Shown: positions 34,941 to 38,795 of the stretch, piece after piece
How positions within the stretch are numbered: the stretch's first letter is position 1
How the letters are laid out: every line of letters starts with the position of its first letter
Origin: a virus
Virus genome (UHGV): UHGV-0423091
DNA length: 38,795 nucleotides
Direction: 5' to 3' (one strand)
Notes under the pieces: model-generated
Told to the model about the DNA's origin: nothing
The model's input: the letters and a program-made list of their open reading frames with translations, nothing else
The model's database searches: none
Position numbers and translations under genes: made by a program

Positions 34941-37415
34941 TTATTGCGGAGTGACATCCTGAGGTCGCCACCAGTATGTCTGATTAAACTCTTTCTTCGA
35001 ACGTTGCTCCATTTTACGCAAATAGCCTGGTGAAAAATACTCCTGCATCTGGTTAAAGATCATATGATCGAGAGCCGCCTTTAAGTACCAGAGATTCGCA
35101 CCTGGCATCAAACCTTTCCCCAGCTTCACCAGATCACCACCAGTCTGCTCACTCTTCCCTTCCACAGCATTTAACGGTATGCCCTGAGCAATCTTCACTA
35201 CGTCATCAACCAGACCAGCTACCGGGCCAAGCATCGACGCCAGCGCGCCGCTTCCGTACCTAGTGTGATCTGACAATAAAAAGTCACCATAAAGGCCAAG
35301 ACCACCACCTTTCAGTAGAGCACCAAGCCAGAATTTTGCGGCATCTTCTCCTGTCATCTCTCGAGGATTACGACCAGACGCAAGGTCGTTAAGTTGTTGC
35401 GACAAAGCGCCAAGAATGGTCGTACTGGCAATAAACGTCGCAATATATACCGCACGCCCACCAGCAGACGGCATACCCATAGCGCGTGACCAGTGACGCA
35501 TAACAACCGAGATAGGGAACGATTTAAACAGGAAAACACTTCTCGTTAATTCACCTTTCCATGTTCCACGCTGAATACCAGAACCGGTTATCAGTTGCTC
35601 ACGTGCTCCCGGTGTAATAACAGCCATATCAACTTCTTCAGTTACGGCACCGAGCAGTTTACGCATTGCCTCAAATTTCACGCGTTCAGGCTCACCAAGA
35701 TGTTTAACTGCTGAATCAGGGATACGCATAATGCTTTCCGGTGTCAGCATCGTATTATTACCGTTCCCCCAGTCCTCCTGTTGCGCCAGCTTCCATACGC
35801 TCCAGTCTGTGTCAGTAATCCCTTTGCTTTTCAGGATACGAAAATCAGAGTCATCGAGGCTACGAAGGTCTGGTGTTCGTGACACTACTTCTCCCAGGCT
35901 TCCCATCATGGTTACGCCATAGGCGCGCTTGTGCGCATCTGACCATGCTGTAAGCCCACTGGCACGCATTACCGCCGTTGCCGCCCAACGAGACACTGAC
36001 GGCCCCATATTATCCATCGCCCAGCGGTTAACGCTGCCAAGTAGAGATTCCATCGCCAGACCAGCGCGGCGCGCCCGCGCAAGTTCTGTACGGTTCGTTG
36101 GGTCCATAGCTTCAAGCTGGTTGCGGAATAACTGGTTCATTGGAAGGTTGGTAACCTTCGCAGACAGATACATGGTTCCAAGATCAGAGAACGATGACAG
36201 CAACGCGGATCCGAGTCTGCTGGCAACCAGCCAGTTGCGGATATTGTCAGACCATCGCGCGATGTGCGGATTCGCTACAGGCTGTGTCTTTCCGGAAATA
36301 AAGTTGTACAGATTCTCTGTGTTGTTCGCCAGCCGCTCGACTTTACCGGTTTTACTCGGGTTAGCTGTTGCCGTTTCTGCCTTCACCTGATCAAGAAGAG
36401 AGCGGAAAACATGATCGGGGTTTGGGCCATATGTTTCCACCAGTGCAATATCTTTACTGATACCTTCCAGGTGACCGACCATGATTTCCCATAGAGAGCG
36501 ATCGCCATAAAGTTGCTGATATTGCAGATAGGAATCTGCATCTTTGAAATGTATCTGTCGTGATGCATTACCCCGGTTAGCACGTGCGCCGGAAATTCGC
36601 ATTCCGATATCAGTAAGCTTATTCAGCCCACCAGTAGCGATCGTGTTATAAGCCTCTCCAAGAAATGCAGACAACTCGGCATCGTTCATCAGTTGTCCAT
36701 CGGCTCGGATATAATATTTGCGATCCAGCTTACCTATAACATCGCTAACCCACTTATCCTTTGATACCGCCCCAACCTTTTCCATAGAATGATGTTGAGG
36801 GATCCCCCAGTTTTCGAGATAGCCAATGTCCCCACCAGCATCATTAAACCGGCGGCGCAGCAGCTCTGTAACTTCTCTCCACGCCTTAGCACCTTTTCTT
36901 GCTTTAGCATTGCCAGTATTTTGCCCCCGCATTTCATATACCAGGTCACGTACGCCCGCTTCATCTTCAAACAGACCAAAAAAGCGAGGATCAACTGCTT
37001 CGAATGCCTCCTGCAATTGACTCAATGCATAATCACGGGTGGCTTTTGTTCTGGATTCAACAGAGAGGAAATTAGATTTACCGTCTGCATTAAAAGCTAT
37101 AGTACGGTTAAGAGCGCCAAGTTTCCCATCAGCCCCTTGATAGCTATTGATAAATTTATCCAATCTCTGACGCGCGGCTATAGTAAGAGCCACACGACGT
37201 TTCTTTAATGCCGCTTCTCGCTGTAATTCTTCAGATGCCAATTGTGCTGCTCGATATAGCCGCTCTGATTCGGAAAGTTGTCGCCACGACATCGGGTCAT
37301 CACGAGCAATGGAGCGCATATTTCGATAAATGCGGTCTTCAATGTTCTGTATTTCTCGCGCCGTTAACGTGCGCTGCGCCGCCTGCTGGACCGCTTGTAT
37401 ACATTCCTGTCTCAT
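34941..37415 (-). CDS. large internal virion (ejection/core-type) protein, 824 aa
   Basis: Track ORF; size and position within the late operon; no enzymatic motif recognised. Confidence 0.6.
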   Translation of the reverse strand: MRQECIQAVQQAAQRTLTAREIQNIEDRIYRNMRSIARDDPMSWRQLSESERLYRAAQLASEELQREAALKKRRVALTIAARQRLDKFINSYQGADGKLGALNRTIAFNADGKSNFLSVESRTKATRDYALSQLQEAFEAVDPRFFGLFEDEAGVRDLVYEMRGQNTGNAKARKGAKAWREVTELLRRRFNDAGGDIGYLENWGIPQHHSMEKVGAVSKDKWVSDVIGKLDRKYYIRADGQLMNDAELSAFLGEAYNTIATGGLNKLTDIGMRISGARANRGNASRQIHFKDADSYLQYQQLYGDRSLWEIMVGHLEGISKDIALVETYGPNPDHVFRSLLDQVKAETATANPSKTGKVERLANNTENLYNFISGKTQPVANPHIARWSDNIRNWLVASRLGSALLSSFSDLGTMYLSAKVTNLPMNQLFRNQLEAMDPTNRTELARARRAGLAMESLLGSVNRWAMDNMGPSVSRWAATAVMRASGLTAWSDAHKRAYGVTMMGSLGEVVSRTPDLRSLDDSDFRILKSKGITDTDWSVWKLAQQEDWGNGNNTMLTPESIMRIPDSAVKHLGEPERVKFEAMRKLLGAVTEEVDMAVITPGAREQLITGSGIQRGTWKGELTRSVFLFKSFPISVVMRHWSRAMGMPSAGGRAVYIATFIASTTILGALSQQLNDLASGRNPREMTGEDAAKFWLGALLKGGGLGLYGDFLLSDHTRYGSGALASMLGPVAGLVDDVVKIAQGIPLNAVEGKSEQTGGDLVKLGKGLMPGANLWYLKAALDHMIFNQMQEYFSPGYLRKMEQRSKKEFNQTYWWRPQDVTPQ

Positions 37416-37420
37416 TTAAT

Positions 37421-38795
37421 TTAACCTCTCAAGAAACACGCCACAGCGACATCAAACAGGCTGGAATCCTGTATTGCCTGCTCACTTTCCCTGTTCGCTT
37501 CATCCAGTACTTCACGCGCGCTGCGCGATTGTGGATTACCATCATCATCCAGCACGGTGATTATCATGTCAGGTGATTCAAGCAGCGAGTCTTCAGCTAT
37601 GCGCAGATCAATATCTCCTGCCTGATCTGACATCATTTTTTGTTCTGCCTGTTGCAATATTTTATCAGCCTCAAAAGGAGCTACTTCGTCTGGCGTCCTG
37701 ACCTCTGCTGTTTTATAGAATGAAACAGCCTGAGCATTAAGTTCACTTTCTGCCTGCTGTCTCCGAGCCAGTTCTGCTCGAGCTTCAAAAAACTGACCGC
37801 CAGGCTCGTGCGGTGCCAACGCGTTACGGGAAAATTCCAGGCGTTCTTGTGCCTGCCGGATTCGTTGATCAATATCGCGAAGTCTGGCCTGTTTATCTGA
37901 TCGAGCACGAGACAAAGCTTTACCGCTACCGGTTGGCTCTTCTGCAAGAATTTGTGCACGCTGTTCAGTGAGATTTTCAATAATTCGTTGGCTATTAGCG
38001 ATTTCCGACTGGTAAACCTGTCTATCGCCACGCGGCAAAAGCTGCGCGGCCTGTTCTTCAAGCAACCGATTTTCTATAGCGCGCGCCGTTACTCCATCAT
38101 CTACAGATGACAGAGCCTCATTAACTGCCTGAGACAGCAGACTCTTGCGCCCAGGAATTTCACTGAAAGATGCAGACTCAACAATGCTGGCAACGTCTAC
38201 AGGTCTCCCCTGGCTAACATCAGACATGGCTTTTCGCAGAGCCTGAATGTGAGAATTGCGCGAAAGCACGTTGATCGGCACGCCGGGAGCAATATCAATT
38301 TCAGCATGATGAGCGGCATTCGCCGCCAGTGCAGCATCGACATCAACTGGTGAAAAATTTGGTGCGCTTGTAGACTCGCCGCGAGAGTTAATAAATCTGC
38401 CGACACCACCAAACGCCACTCCAAGAACAGCATCAATAGCAATTGCCTGTCGATCCAACACATCATACTGATTAGCCATTTCGCTATAGCCACCATCACG
38501 AAGCGTTTTTGCAGTAAGCCCACGCTGTGCCATACCGAACGCAATATTTGTACCTGCGGCATAGGCAATATCTGGCGTTGCACGTACTGCTGTTGCTGCA
38601 GCGCGTCGCACTGAACTTTCACCCGTCCGCGCAAGCTGAGACGCCACACCTTCCGCCAGCGCACCACCAGCACGTAACCCGAGGCTCATAGGGATCAGTG
38701 TTCCGGCACCAGCAGTAATACCCTGCACTAATCCCGCTTCCTGCGCCGTCCTGAAATCAACACCCTGTGCTGTCAGCCGTTCAAACTCAGAAAAA
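37421..38795 (-). CDS. virion protein, at least 435 aa; reading frame remains open to the window end (possibly 5-prime partial)
   Basis: Track start is GTG 38728 with AGGAAG SD, but no in-frame stop occurs between 38729 and 38795, so the true start may lie outside the window. Confidence 0.5.
   Translation of the reverse strand, partial: FSEFERLTAQGVDFRTAQEAGLVQGITAGAGTLIPMSLGLRAGGALAEGVASQLARTGESSVRRAAATAVRATPDIAYAAGTNIAFGMAQRGLTAKTLRDGGYSEMANQYDVLDRQAIAIDAVLGVAFGGVGRFINSRGESTSAPNFSPVDVDAALAANAAHHAEIDIAPGVPINVLSRNSHIQALRKAMSDVSQGRPVDVASIVESASFSEIPGRKSLLSQAVNEALSSVDDGVTARAIENRLLEEQAAQLLPRGDRQVYQSEIANSQRIIENLTEQRAQILAEEPTGSGKALSRARSDKQARLRDIDQRIRQAQERLEFSRNALAPHEPGGQFFEARAELARRQQAESELNAQAVSFYKTAEVRTPDEVAPFEADKILQQAEQKMMSDQAGDIDLRIAEDSLLESPDMIITVLDDDGNPQSRSAREVLDEANRESEQAIQDSSLFDVAVACFLRG

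Noticed and set aside
1-38795. Insertion sequences, transposases, rRNA or additional tRNA genes
   Set aside because: No transposase-like ORF, terminal inverted repeats or rRNA-like conserved stretches noticed; only one cloverleaf tRNA identified by eye (a tRNAscan-SE run would be needed to exclude others)

Overview
The whole 38.8-kb window reads as a near-complete genome of a temperate, short-tailed enterobacterial phage, not chromosomal DNA. All calls are from reading the sequence and ORF track; no database search was run, so homology is motif-level and hand-derived motif coordinates may be off by 1-2 bp. A long minus-strand late operon runs from about 15.8 kb down to position 1 and resumes at the window end (small and large terminase, portal, scaffold, major capsid, tail and internal virion proteins), ending at a terminator near 34.4 kb. 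A separate minus-strand unit holds the tailspike and a lysis cassette (two holin-like proteins, GH19-type endolysin, Rz with embedded Rz1). The early region is lambdoid in logic: a Cro-like gene diverges from a repressor that has no S24 autocleavage domain, followed by lambda O-like and P-like replication genes with an iteron origin inside the O-like gene, a Red-beta/exonuclease pair, an AlpA-like excisionase, an MT-A70 adenine methyltransferase and a P4-type tyrosine integrase. The most interesting signals are: (1) a 15-bp palindrome TTACC-N5-GGTAA present at about 16 promoter or gene-start positions genome-wide, including a tripartite cluster between the Cro-like and repressor genes; (2) a near-consensus LexA box in front of an antirepressor operon, implying SOS induction by antirepressor; (3) a tailspike carrying a GDSL/SGNH esterase motif set; (4) an AT-rich moron with a tRNA-Arg(UCU) inserted antisense between terminase and portal; (5) an AT-rich three-gene accessory module of unknown function. 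No CRISPR array, IS element or rRNA was seen.
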